From Burkholderiales bacterium (GTDB lineage: Bacteria; Pseudomonadota; Gammaproteobacteria; Burkholderiales; Burkholderiaceae_C): DNA of 60,882 nucleotides. Below the pieces are notes generated by a model. It worked only from the letters and a program-made list of their open reading frames with translations. It did not search any database and was not told where the DNA came from. Position numbers and translations under genes: made by a program. Location: NCBI GenBank assembly GCA_028868875.1, contig JAGWTS010000001.1, positions 1-60,882 on the forward strand, given 5' to 3'. Positions 20,804 to 33,118 of the stretch are shown here, in pieces (positions within the stretch are counted from its first letter, which is position 1; every line of letters begins with the position of its first letter).

Positions 20804-23800
20804 TCAGCCGCGCTTGACCCAGCGCAGCAGCGCCTCGCGCAGGCGCTCGGCGTCGATCGGCTTGGTGAGGAAATCGTCCATTCCGGCTTCGAGCGCGGTC
20901 TCGCGTTCGCCGACGAGCGCCGCGGCGGTCAGCGCAATGATCGGCAAGCCCTGGCCGGCGCTGCGTTTGCGCAGCTCGCGCGTCGCCTGGTAGCCGCTCA
21001 TCTCGGGCATCTGCACGTCCATCAGCACGGCGTCGTAGGGCAGGCCGACCTCGGCCGCGCGCAGCACGGCGTTGATGGCTTCGCGCCCGTCGACCGCCTG
21101 GTCGACGGCGATGCCCCAGCGTTCGAGCAGCGCCACCGCAATCATCATGTTGACGGCGTTGTCTTCCACCATCAGCACGCGCCGCCCCTGCAGCGCGGCA
21201 TCGAACGGCAGCGCCGGCGGGCTCGGCGCCGGGGTGCCGTGGGCCGGCAGCGGCAGCTCGGCCCAGAACACGCTGCCGCGTCCGGGACCGCTGTCCACGC
21301 CGACTTCGCCGCCCATCAGCAGCGCGAGCTCGCGGCAGATCGACAGGCCCAGGCCGGTGCCCCCGAAGCGGCGCGTGGTCGAGTCGTCGGCCTGGGTGAA
21401 GGGGGTGAAGAGCCGGGCCTGGGTTTCGGAGTCGATGCCGGGGCCGGTGTCGCTGACCTCGAAGCGCACGCGCTCGGCGCCGCTGCGCCGGGCGGCGAGG
21501 CGCACGTGGCCGGCGGCGGTGAACTTCAAGGCGTTGCTGAGGAAGTTGTTGAGCACCTGGCGCACGCGCAGCGGGTCGCCGACGACGACGCCGGCCACGC
21601 CCGGCCCCGTCTCGAGCTCGATCGCGAGCCCGCGCGCCGCGGCCAGCGTCGCGTAGGTGCGCTGCAGGCCGTGCAGCAACTCGCCGAGGTCGAAGCGGGT
21701 GGATTCGAGGCCGAGCTTGCCGGCCTCGATCTTCGAGAGGTCGAGGATGTCGGTGATGATCTCGGCCAGGGTGCGCGCGCTCTCGACCACCTGGTCCAGG
21801 TACTGCTGGCGCCGCTCCTCGGCCAGCCCCGGCTCGCGCGCCATCTGCGCCAGGTGCAGCAGGCCGTTGAGCGGGGTGCGCAGCTCGTGGCTGGTGTTGG
21901 CGAGAAAGGCGCTCTTGGCCCGGCTCGCGTCCTCGGCGGCGTCGCGCGCTGCCGCCAGCTCCTGCTCGAAGCGGTGGCGCTCGGTCACGTCCTCGACGAT
22001 CCAGATCGTGCCGCCCTGCTCGGTGCGGTTCGGGTCGATCGCCTTGGTGCGGATGCGGGCCATGAAGGTGCTGCCGTCGCGCCGCTGCATCGCGCGCTCG
22101 ATGTCGCAGGACTCGCCGCGCGCGAGCGGCCCCCCGGTCGCGGCGCCGATCTCGGCATAGGCCTCGTCGCTGGGCCAGACCTCGCGCGCCGGGCGCCCGT
22201 CCAGCGTGCCCGGCGCCCAGCCGAACATCTGCTCGAAGCGCGGGTTGACGATGACGAAGCGGCGCTCGCGCGTCGCGGCGATGCCGATCGAGGCGTTCTG
22301 CAGGATCGCCTCGCGCTCGAGGCGCCCGCGCTCGGCCTCGGTCACGTCGCGCGCGTTGATGACGAGGTAGTGGCGGCGGTCGAGCAGGAAGCGCGCGCCC
22401 GAGACCAGCACCGAGGCCTGGTGCCCGCCGCGGCCGATGAACACGGTGGCCAGGTCGGCCACGGGCCCCTGATTGCGCACGCGCTCGATGAAGCGCTCGC
22501 GCTCGGCCGGATCGAGCCAGAGCCCGAACTCGGCCATGGTCTTGCCGACGACCTCCACCGCGCTCCAGCCGCTGACGCGCTCGAAGGTCTTGTTCACCAT
22601 TGCGCAGCGCCCGGTCGCGAGGTCGGCGAGCAGGATCAGGTCGGGGCTGGTCGCGACCAGGTGCGAGAGCATGGTCTCGGAGCGCCGCAAGGCCTCCTCG
22701 GCGGCACGGCGTTCGGTGTCGTCGACGTAGATCGAGAGCGTGGCCGGGCCGCCCGCGGCGTCGACCCGCACCCCGGTGGCGCGCACCGAGACGCGGGGGC
22801 CCTGGCGCGGCAGCAGGTGGAAGTCGGCCACCGCCAGCGCGGCCCCGGCGGGCTGGCGCGACAGGTCGTCGATGCGCCGGCGCTCGCGTTCGCGCGAGTC
22901 GCCGCTTTCGTAGGCGCCGAGCAGGTCGCGCCCGTGCAGCGCCGCCAGGTTCTCGTAGCCCAGCAGGCCGATCGCGGCCGGGTTGGCGTCGATGATGCGG
23001 CCTTCGCGGTGCAGCACCAGCGGCGTCGGGATGCGCGCGAACAGCTCCTGGTAGCGCGTTTCGGTGGCTTCCAGCGCGCGCCGCGCGGCGAGCTCGGAGC
23101 TCACGTCGCGCAGCACGCCCCAGTAGCCGAGGAAGACCCCGCGCTCGTCGAAGCGCGGCTCGCCGCTGGCTTCGAGCGAGAGCCAGGCGCCGTCGTGCGC
23201 CTGCCAGTGGATCAGGCGGTCGCGAAAGGGCAGGCGGCGGTCGAGGTCGGCGATCAGCAGGTCCAGCGCCTCGGGCTCGCAGTGGAACTGCGGCAGGTCC
23301 CAGGCGCGCCGCCCGAGGCCGTCGTCCAGGCCGAGGGCGAAGGCGTCGGCGCGCTGGCTCACGCCGGCGATGAGCGCGTAGTCGTCGTCGATCTCCCAGT
23401 AGGCGTCGGCGGCGATCGCGAGCAGGCCGCGAAAGCGCTGCTCGCGGTCGTCGGCCGAGCGCGTGTAGCGGCCGACGACGTAGGACAGGACCATGCCGCT
23501 GGCGAGGCCGGCGGCGATGAGCATGAGCGTGACGATGAAGCGCAGCGCATCCGGCGGCGCCACCACAGGGGCGGCGCGCGGCGCCAGCCTCATCGCCAGC
23601 TCGAGGGCGCAGGCGGCGCCGACGGCCAGCCCCGCCATCGCCAGCCCCATGCGGCGCGAGACCGCGGCGCAGGTGACGCAGGCGAAGAGGCCGTAGAAGC
23701 CGATGCCCGGCGCGTCCAGGCCCCAGCCGAAGAGCCAGGCCGAGGCCGCGATGCCGACGGTGGCGAGCGCGAGCAGGCCGAACATCGAGCGCTCGATCCA

Positions 23801-24061
23801 GACCCCGCGCAGCCGCTTTGCGCCCAGCGCGAGCAGCATGAGCAGCAGGAAGCCGATCGAGACCGAGAGCCGCTCGCCCCGGCCGGGCGCGCCCGGCGCC
23901 TGCGCGAACAGCAGCGCGCCGAGGCCCGAGGCCAGCGCCACCGTGCCGAAGAAATAGCCCGGGATGTGGCGCCGCACGTCGCGCCGGGCGTCGACCGCGC
24001 GCTGCAGGGGCGGGCGCGGCAGCGGGTGCAGCGCGGTGTCTTCGGGCGATTCGGCGTACAA
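20804..24061 (-). CDS. Membrane-bound multi-PAS hybrid sensor histidine kinase/response regulator
   Basis: TM helices, about 4 PAS domains, FLANTSHELRTPLNG, NALKFT, DTGPGI, GGTGLGL, receiver LMDVQMP. Start uncertain (TTG 24061). Confidence 0.9.
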   Translation of the reverse strand: MYAESPEDTALHPLPRPPLQRAVDARRDVRRHIPGYFFGTVALASGLGALLFAQAPGAPGRGERLSVSIGFLLLMLLALGAKRLRGVWIERSMFGLLALATVGIAASAWLFGWGLDAPGIGFYGLFACVTCAAVSRRMGLAMAGLAVGAACALELAMRLAPRAAPVVAPPDALRFIVTLMLIAAGLASGMVLSYVVGRYTRSADDREQRFRGLLAIAADAYWEIDDDYALIAGVSQRADAFALGLDDGLGRRAWDLPQFHCEPEALDLLIADLDRRLPFRDRLIHWQAHDGAWLSLEASGEPRFDERGVFLGYWGVLRDVSSELAARRALEATETRYQELFARIPTPLVLHREGRIIDANPAAIGLLGYENLAALHGRDLLGAYESGDSRERERRRIDDLSRQPAGAALAVADFHLLPRQGPRVSVRATGVRVDAAGGPATLSIYVDDTERRAAEEALRRSETMLSHLVATSPDLILLADLATGRCAMVNKTFERVSGWSAVEVVGKTMAEFGLWLDPAERERFIERVRNQGPVADLATVFIGRGGHQASVLVSGARFLLDRRHYLVINARDVTEAERGRLEREAILQNASIGIAATRERRFVIVNPRFEQMFGWAPGTLDGRPAREVWPSDEAYAEIGAATGGPLARGESCDIERAMQRRDGSTFMARIRTKAIDPNRTEQGGTIWIVEDVTERHRFEQELAAARDAAEDASRAKSAFLANTSHELRTPLNGLLHLAQMAREPGLAEERRQQYLDQVVESARTLAEIITDILDLSKIEAGKLGLESTRFDLGELLHGLQRTYATLAAARGLAIELETGPGVAGVVVGDPLRVRQVLNNFLSNALKFTAAGHVRLAARRSGAERVRFEVSDTGPGIDSETQARLFTPFTQADDSTTRRFGGTGLGLSICRELALLMGGEVGVDSGPGRGSVFWAELPLPAHGTPAPSPPALPFDAALQGRRVLMVEDNAVNMMIAVALLERWGIAVDQAVDGREAINAVLRAAEVGLPYDAVLMDVQMPEMSGYQATRELRKRSAGQGLPIIALTAAALVGERETALEAGMDDFLTKPIDAERLREALLRWVKRG

Positions 24062-24080
24062 GCTTCGCCCCTCGGCTGGG

Positions 24081-27136
<3,056 letters not shown>

Positions 27137-27194
27137 TCATCGCCGACCCCCGCTTTGCCGTTGTCCAGGTTTCCGCCACCCAGCTTTCGACACC

Positions 27195-27533
27195 ATGAAG
27201 AACCTTGCCGTCACGAAGGTCGCCGCAGTGGCCGCGATCGCGCTGGCTTCGCTTTCAGGCTGTGTGGTGGCGCCGCTGCCGCAGCCCTATTACGGCGCCC
27301 CCGGTCCGGTCGTCAGCGTCGCCCCGCCGCCGCCGCGGTTCGAGGTCGTCGGCCCGCCCCCGGTCGTCGGCTCGATCTGGATCGGCGGCTTCTGGGACTG
27401 GGACGGCGGGCGCCACGTCTGGCGCGGCGGCCACTGGGATGCGCCGCGCCCGGGCTATCGCTACGTGCCTCACGCCTGGGAGCATGGCCAGGGCGGCTGG
27501 CGCCCGCATCCGGGCCATTGGGAACGGCGCTGA
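27195..27533 (+). CDS. YXWGXW-repeat lipoprotein
   Basis: Lipobox LSGC, Pro-rich segment, WIGGFW/WRGGHW/YVPHAW/HPGHW repeats. Confidence 0.88.
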   Translation: MKNLAVTKVAAVAAIALASLSGCVVAPLPQPYYGAPGPVVSVAPPPPRFEVVGPPPVVGSIWIGGFWDWDGGRHVWRGGHWDAPRPGYRYVPHAWEHGQGGWRPHPGHWERR

Positions 27534-27602
27534 AGGCCCGTTCCCGGCTTGCTGGAGCCTCGTGAGCGGGCCTGCCGGCACCAGCCGGGACCCGCCCAAA
27601 GC

Positions 27603-27727
27603 GCCCGCCGGGCGCGCTTCAAACCATGCCCGCCGGGCGCGTTTCAAACCATGCCCGCCGGGCGCGCTTCAAACCATGCCCGCCGGGCGCGCTTCAAACC
27701 ACGCCCGCCGGACGCGCCTCAGACCAC
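27603..27727. repeat. 25-bp tandem repeat x5 (VNTR) overlapping the gdhA stop
   Basis: Unit GCCCGCCGGGCGCGCTTCAAACCAT at 27603, 27628, 27653, 27678, and a divergent copy at 27703; no spacers. Confidence 0.95.
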
Positions 27728-29062
27728 GCCTTGCGCGAGCATCGCGTCGGCCACCTTGACGAAGGCGGCGACGTTGGCGCCGTCCACGTAGCTCACGCTG
27801 CCGTCGGCGCGCCGGCCGTGCCGCAGGCAGGCTTCGTGGATGCTTCTCATGATGTGGTGCAGGCGCGCGTCCACCTCTTCGCGCGGCCAGTTCAGGCGCA
27901 CCGCGTTCTGGCTCATTTCCAGGCCCGAGGTTGCCACGCCGCCGGCGTTGCTGGCCTTGCCGGGCGCATACAGCACGCCGGCCGCCTCGAAGGTCTTCAC
28001 GGCCTCGGCGGTGCAGGGCATGTTGGCGCCTTCGGCGACGCAGATCGCGCCGTTGCTGACCAGGAGGGCGGCGTCGCCGGCGTCGAGTTCGTTCTGGGTT
28101 GCGCAGGGCAGCGCCACGTCCACCGCCACCTGCCAGGGGCGCACGTCGGCATGGAAGGGCACGCCGGCGCGTTCGGCGTAGTCGCTGACGCGGCCGTACA
28201 AGTGGTTCTTGACCTCCATCAGCTCGGCCAGCTTGGCCGGGCTGAAGCCTTCGTCGTCGACCACGGTGCCGCTGGAGTCCGACACCGTCACCACCTTGGC
28301 GCCCAGCGCCATCGCCTTCTCGACCGCGTACTGGGCCACGTTGCCCGAGCCCGAGACGGCGACGCGCAGGCCCTGGAGCGAGCGCCCCGTCTGCTCGAGC
28401 ATCTCTTCGGCGAAGTAGACGGTGCCGTAGCCGGTGGCTTCGGGACGGATGAGCGAGCCGCCGTAGCTCAGGCCCTTGCCGGTGAAGACGCAATCGGCGC
28501 GGTTGGTGATTCTCTTCATCATGCCGGTCATGAAGCCGATCTCGCGCCCGCCGACGCCGATGTCGCCGGCCGGCACGTCGGTGTCGGCGCCCACGTGGTG
28601 CACCAGCTCGCTCACGAAGGCCTGGCAAAAGCGCATGACCTCGCCCGGGCTCTTGCCCTTGGGGTCGAAGTCGCTGCCGCCCTTGGCGCCGCCCATGGGC
28701 AGGGTGGTGAGGGCGTTCTTGAAGGTCTGCTCGAAGGCCAGGAATTTCAGGATCGACAGGTTCACCGAAGGGTGCAGGCGCAGCCCGCCCTTGTACGGGC
28801 CGATGGCCGAGCTGTGCTGGATGCGAAAGCCGCGGTTGACGCGCACCTCGCCGTGATCGTCGACCCAGGAGACGCGGAAGATGATGGCGCGTTCGGGCTC
28901 CGTCAGGCGCTCGAGCAGGCCGTGGCTGCCGTACTTCGGATGCTTCTCGATGTAGGGCCACAGGCTCTCCATCACTTCCGTCACGGCCTGCAGGTATTCG
29001 CTCTGGCCGGGGTTGCGCTCGGCCACGTGGCCGAGGAACGCTTGAAGGGTCGGGAATCTCAT
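27719..29062 (-). CDS. gdhA: NADP-specific glutamate dehydrogenase
   Basis: GPYKGGLR, FEQTFKNALTTLPMGGAKGGSDF, DVPAGDIGVG, RPEATGYG, GSGNVA; 447 aa. Confidence 0.97.
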   Translation of the reverse strand: MRFPTLQAFLGHVAERNPGQSEYLQAVTEVMESLWPYIEKHPKYGSHGLLERLTEPERAIIFRVSWVDDHGEVRVNRGFRIQHSSAIGPYKGGLRLHPSVNLSILKFLAFEQTFKNALTTLPMGGAKGGSDFDPKGKSPGEVMRFCQAFVSELVHHVGADTDVPAGDIGVGGREIGFMTGMMKRITNRADCVFTGKGLSYGGSLIRPEATGYGTVYFAEEMLEQTGRSLQGLRVAVSGSGNVAQYAVEKAMALGAKVVTVSDSSGTVVDDEGFSPAKLAELMEVKNHLYGRVSDYAERAGVPFHADVRPWQVAVDVALPCATQNELDAGDAALLVSNGAICVAEGANMPCTAEAVKTFEAAGVLYAPGKASNAGGVATSGLEMSQNAVRLNWPREEVDARLHHIMRSIHEACLRHGRRADGSVSYVDGANVAAFVKVADAMLAQGVV

Positions 29063-29098
29063 CGATCGTCTTTCGCTTGGGGTTTCATGCATGGGTCG

Positions 29099-29113
29099 AT
29101 GCGAAAAACGCAT
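29099..29113. promoter_or_regulatory. LysR-type T-N11-A box upstream of gdhA
   Basis: ATGCG-AAAAA-CGCAT perfect dyad, ~37 bp upstream of the gdhA ATG. Confidence 0.55.
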
Positions 29114-29216
29114 TGTGCATGACGCTAACCCGCTATGCGATGTGTGATCGATTCGACCGTGCGACGGCCTGCGCCGGCCGCGGCCCGGCCCGCGCTGCGC
29201 CCGGCAGCGCCCGGCT

Positions 29217-29966
29217 TCAGTAGCCGTGATCGGCGCGCGCCGGCACGACGCCGGCGCCGAGGCGGGCTTCGATGTCGTCGAGCAGGCTGCTTGCGCCGAT
29301 GCGAAAACGCTCGGGCCCGGCGCTGCCCATCGCTTCTTCGGCCAGCTCGAGGTAGACCGCGGCGTCGGCGACCGTGCGGATGCCGCCCGCGGCCTTGAAT
29401 CCGACCTTCGAATGGCCGCCACGCGCAATGGCTTCGAGCACCCAGCGCGCCGCCTGCGGCGTCGCGTTGACGGCGACCTTGCCGGTGCTGGTCTTGAGGA
29501 AATCGGCGCCGGCGTCGAGCGCCATCGCGGCGGCGCGCCGCAGCGCCGCCTCTTCGCGCAACGCGCCGGTCTCGAGGATGACCTTGAGCGTGAGCCCGGG
29601 GCAGGCCCTTCGCACCGCGGCCAGCAGCGCGGGCGCGGCCTCGGGATCGCGATAGGGCATCACGACATCCACCTCCTGGGCCCCGGCTTGGACGATGGCC
29701 CGCGTGTCGGCGAGCGCGGCCTCGACATCGCGGCCGCCGTCGGGAAAGTTGGCGACCGCGGCGACCTTCACGGCCGCCGGCAGGCGCGCCCTTGCCAACG
29801 CTGCCCGTCGCGGCCAGACGCAGACCGCGGCCGTCGTGCCGAAGCGCCCCTGCGCGCGCCGGCACAGGCGCTCGATGTCGGCCTCGGTGTCGGCATCGTC
29901 CAGGCGCGTCAAGTCCAGGCAGGCCAGGGCCTGGCGCGCACGCCGGATGAGGGTTTCGTGGTTCAT
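29217..29966 (-). CDS. deoC: Deoxyribose-phosphate aldolase
   Basis: LDLTRL, AVCVWP, ANFP, LKVILETG, GADFLKTSTGK, GFKAAGGIR, FRIGASSLL. Confidence 0.95.
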   Translation of the reverse strand: MNHETLIRRARQALACLDLTRLDDADTEADIERLCRRAQGRFGTTAAVCVWPRRAALARARLPAAVKVAAVANFPDGGRDVEAALADTRAIVQAGAQEVDVVMPYRDPEAAPALLAAVRRACPGLTLKVILETGALREEAALRRAAAMALDAGADFLKTSTGKVAVNATPQAARWVLEAIARGGHSKVGFKAAGGIRTVADAAVYLELAEEAMGSAGPERFRIGASSLLDDIEARLGAGVVPARADHGY

Positions 29967-30772
29967 GTCCATTCCAGTCGGGCGACCACGGCTTCGAGCA
30001 GGTCGGCAGCGCGCGCGCCCGCCCGCTCGGCTGCAGCCAGGGTGTGGGCGTGGCTCAGCGCTTGGGCCTCCATGCCTGCCGCCATGTTGGTGATGAGCGA
30101 GAACGCGAGCACGCGCAGTCCGGCGTGGCGCGCGATGATCGTCTCCGGCACCGTGCTCATGCCGACCGCGCGCGCGCCGATCCCGCGCAGCCAGCGGATC
30201 TCGGCCGGGGTCTCGAACTGCGGCCCCAGCACCCAGGCGTAGACCCCGCCCGCGAGCGCGATGCCGCGCGCCGCGGCCGCCGCCAGCGCCTGCTCGCGCA
30301 AGAGCGGGTCGTAGGCCGCGCAGAGATCGACGAAGCGCGCATCGCCGCTCTCGCCCACCAGCGGCGAGCGCTGGGCGACGTTGAGGTGGTCCTCGATCAG
30401 CATCAGCTCGCCCGGCCGCAAGGCGGGGTCGAGGCTGCCCGCGGCGTTGGTCTGCACCAGCACCTCGACCCCGGCCGCGGCGAGGCAGCGCAGCGCCGCC
30501 TTCATGCCGTCGGCGCGGCCGTCTTCATAGGCGTGGCGGCGCCCGGCCAGCAAGGCGACTTCGCGCCCGCCGAGCCGGCCCAGGTGCACGCGTGCGGCAT
30601 GGCCACCGACGCCCGGTGCCGGAAAGGCCGGCAGCTCGGCGTAATCGATCGCGATGCTGCCCGCGAGCCGGTCGACGAGCCCGCCCCAGCCCGAGCCCAG
30701 CAGCACCGCGATGCGCGGCGCGAAGCCGCTCGCGCGCAGGCGCGCGGCGCTGGGGGAGAGGGCTTCGCTCAT
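29963..30772 (-). CDS. punA: Purine-nucleoside phosphorylase (trimeric PunA/XapA type)
   Basis: LGSGWG, GRRHAYE, TNAAGSL, GPQFETPAE, AVGMSTVPE, ITNMAAG. Confidence 0.93.
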   Translation of the reverse strand: MSEALSPSAARLRASGFAPRIAVLLGSGWGGLVDRLAGSIAIDYAELPAFPAPGVGGHAARVHLGRLGGREVALLAGRRHAYEDGRADGMKAALRCLAAAGVEVLVQTNAAGSLDPALRPGELMLIEDHLNVAQRSPLVGESGDARFVDLCAAYDPLLREQALAAAAARGIALAGGVYAWVLGPQFETPAEIRWLRGIGARAVGMSTVPETIIARHAGLRVLAFSLITNMAAGMEAQALSHAHTLAAAERAGARAADLLEAVVARLEWT

Positions 30773-30948
30773 GGCAAGGGCTGGGCACGGGGCGCGGGCT
30801 GCGCCAGGGCTTCGAGGTCCAGCGGCGCGAAGCCCGCCTGCAGCAGCTGGCGCGGGCGCTGGCGCGCGCCCACGCGGGGCGCGTCGACCGGCCCGACGAC
30901 AACGCTCGCGGCGGCAAGGCGGGCCTCCACGAGGAGCTGGGGCTTCAT
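30769..30948 (-). pseudogene. 59-aa ORF coupled to PNP, possible internally deleted cytidine deaminase remnant
   Basis: MKPQLLVEARLAAAS...PRVGA...RQLLQAGFAPLDL. ATGA overlap with the PNP start. Ends resemble Cdd termini; no HAE/CAE or PCxxC core. Confidence 0.4.
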
Positions 30949-31043
30949 GGCGGGCAGGATAGCAAGGCGGGCCGGGAACGGGGAACCGGTGCTGCGCGTC
31001 CAGCCCTTAAACTTCAGGCGTCGGCTCCTTCGGGTGCCGGCAG

Positions 31044-31209
31044 CGTTGTCTCAGGGCGGGGCGAAATTCCCCACCGGCGGTATTCGCGCAGGATGCAAGT
31101 CACCGAGCGAGAGCCCGCGAGCGCTTGCCGCAGCCCCAGCCGCGGCGAGGTCAGCAGACCCGGTGCGATGCCGGGGCCGACGGTCACAGTCCGGATGAAA
31201 GAGAAAACG
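31044..31209 (+). ncRNA. FMN riboswitch (RFN element)
   Basis: TCAGGGCGGGGCGAAATTCCCCACCGGCGGTA...AGCCCGCGAGCG...GTCAGCAGACCCGGTG.GATGCCGGGGCCGACGGTCACAGTCCGGATGAAAGAGA. Downstream GCCCTGA (31265-31271) can pair with the 5' TCAGGGC. Confidence 0.96.
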
Positions 31210-31301
31210 CGTCGCCCGTGGCGGGACGGTTCGTCGAGGACCGCGTCCGCACGCGGGTGCGTGTGCCCTGATTCAGGTCTTCAACCTCGCAGAGGAAAAC
31301 C

Positions 31302-31778
31302 ATGAATCAGCCCGTATCCCCTTCTTCCCCTTCTTCCCCTCCCCCGCGCCTGGCCATCGTCAGCGCGCAGTGGCATGCCGACATCGTGGCGCGCGCGCGC
31401 GAATCGGCGATCGACGAACTCGCGCGCAGCGGCTGGCCGCCCGACCGCGTCGACTGCTTCGAGGTGCCGGGCTCGTTCGAGATCCCGCTCGTCGCCCAGC
31501 GCCTCGCGCGCCAGGGCCGCCACGCCGCCATCGTCGCCTGCGGCCTCGTCGTCGACGGCGGCATCTACCGCCACGACTTCGTCGCCGCGGCCGTCATCGA
31601 CGGCCTGATGCGGGTGCAGCTCGACACCGGCGTGCCGGTGCTCTCGGTCGTGCTCACGCCCCATGCCTTTCACGAACACGGCGACCACCGGCGCTTCTTT
31701 GGCGAGCATTTCGTGATCAAGGGGCGCGAAGCGGCGCAGGCCGTGCTCGCCCTGCTCGGCGTTGCTCCCGCGGCTTGA
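31302..31778 (+). CDS. ribH: 6,7-dimethyl-8-ribityllumazine synthase, type II (RibH2-like)
   Basis: AQWHADIV, VPGSFEIP, VVDGGIYRHDFVA, VLTPH.FHEH, KGREAA; downstream of the FMN riboswitch. Confidence 0.92.
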   Translation: MNQPVSPSSPSSPPPRLAIVSAQWHADIVARARESAIDELARSGWPPDRVDCFEVPGSFEIPLVAQRLARQGRHAAIVACGLVVDGGIYRHDFVAAAVIDGLMRVQLDTGVPVLSVVLTPHAFHEHGDHRRFFGEHFVIKGREAAQAVLALLGVAPAA

Positions 31779-31864
31779 ATCCCGATGCGCGGCGCGAGGT
31801 GCGGGCCGATTGGCGTATCTTCGCGCCTTCGCCCCCCCACAACGCCGCTTCGCCGCCGCCAGCC

Positions 31865-33118
31865 ATGGACAGCCCCCAGCCAAGCAGCCATATCCGCCTG
31901 ACCTCCCATCCCGGCCAGGGCGCGGCCGGGGCGCCGGCGCTGCGCTGGGGCGAAGCCGATCCGGCCGCGCGCGGCCCGGTCGTCGGCAGCACCGCCCAGC
32001 GCAGCCAGCGCAACGTCATCGGCGCCCACAGCGGCAGCTACGGCGTCTACCGGGCGCTCGCGGTGGCGGCGGGCAGCCTGCCGCGCGGCCACGTCGCCGA
32101 CCTCACCAACACCGCCCCGACCGACCCGGTCGGCCCCTACCCGGCCTGGGGCGACGCCCAGCGCATCGTCTCGATCGACCCCTGGGGCGCGAGCGTGCAA
32201 TCGGTCTTCGCCGACTACCTGGCCCGGGGCTACGACATCCGGCCCACGATCGCCGTCACCAAGGCCCATATCCACCTGCCCGAGATCCGCCAGGCCATCG
32301 CCTTCCAGCGCCTCGCCCCCGACGGACGCATCCTGCTCGAGGACGGCTCGGCCGCAGTCACGAAGATCGCGATCGAGCCCGTCTGGTGGCTGCCTGGAGT
32401 CGCCGCACGCTTCGGCGTCGCCGAGGCCGACCTGCGGCGCGCGCTGTTCGAGGAGACCGGCGGCATGTACCCCGAGCTCGTCACGCGCAGCGACCTCGAG
32501 GTCTTCCTGCCGCCGATTGGCGGCCAGACCCTGTACGTCTTCGGCGCGCTGCGCGCCCTCGCCGACCCGTCGATCACGCTCACCGCGCGCGTGCACGACG
32601 AATGCAACGGCAGCGACGTCTTCGGCTCGGACATCTGCACCTGCCGGCCCTACCTCACCCATGCCATCGAGGAATGCGTGCAAGGCGCGCAGCAGGGCGG
32701 GGTCGGCCTCATCGCCTACAGCCGCAAGGAAGGGCGGGCGCTGGGCGAGGTGACCAAGTTCCTGGTCTACAACGCGCGCAAGCGCCAGGAAGGCGGCGAC
32801 CGCGCCGACCGCTATTTCCTGCGCACCGAATGCGTCGCCGGGGTGCAGGACATGCGCTTCCAGGAATTGATGCCCGACGTGCTGCATTGGCTGGGCATCC
32901 GAAAAATCCACCGACTGGTGAGCATGAGCAACGACAAATACGACGCGATCACCGCCAGCGGCATCGAGGTCGGCGAGCGCGTGAAGATCCCCGACGCGCT
33001 GGTTCCGGCCGACGCCCGGGTCGAGATCGAGGCCAAGATCGCGGCCGGCTATTTCACCGACGGCAGCGTTCCCAGCGACGACGACCTCGCCCGCATCAAG
33101 GGGCGTGCTCTTGAATGA
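31865..33118 (+). CDS. GTP cyclohydrolase II-like protein with long N-terminal extension (Urc1-type)
   Basis: RNVIGAHSGSY N-domain, RVHDECNGSDVFGSDICTC Zn motif, KEGRALGEVTKFLVYNAR, DMRFQELMPD. Confidence 0.92.
   Translation: MDSPQPSSHIRLTSHPGQGAAGAPALRWGEADPAARGPVVGSTAQRSQRNVIGAHSGSYGVYRALAVAAGSLPRGHVADLTNTAPTDPVGPYPAWGDAQRIVSIDPWGASVQSVFADYLARGYDIRPTIAVTKAHIHLPEIRQAIAFQRLAPDGRILLEDGSAAVTKIAIEPVWWLPGVAARFGVAEADLRRALFEETGGMYPELVTRSDLEVFLPPIGGQTLYVFGALRALADPSITLTARVHDECNGSDVFGSDICTCRPYLTHAIEECVQGAQQGGVGLIAYSRKEGRALGEVTKFLVYNARKRQEGGDRADRYFLRTECVAGVQDMRFQELMPDVLHWLGIRKIHRLVSMSNDKYDAITASGIEVGERVKIPDALVPADARVEIEAKIAAGYFTDGSVPSDDDLARIKGRALE

Noticed and set aside
27603-27727. Possible CRISPR array
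   Set aside because: Units are contiguous with no unique spacers, there are no cas genes, and the unit derives from the gdhA end.
31865-33118. Calling this gene canonical ribA
   Set aside because: The long N-terminal extension and linkage to URC4 and upp indicate the Urc1 subfamily; GTP activity is unproven.
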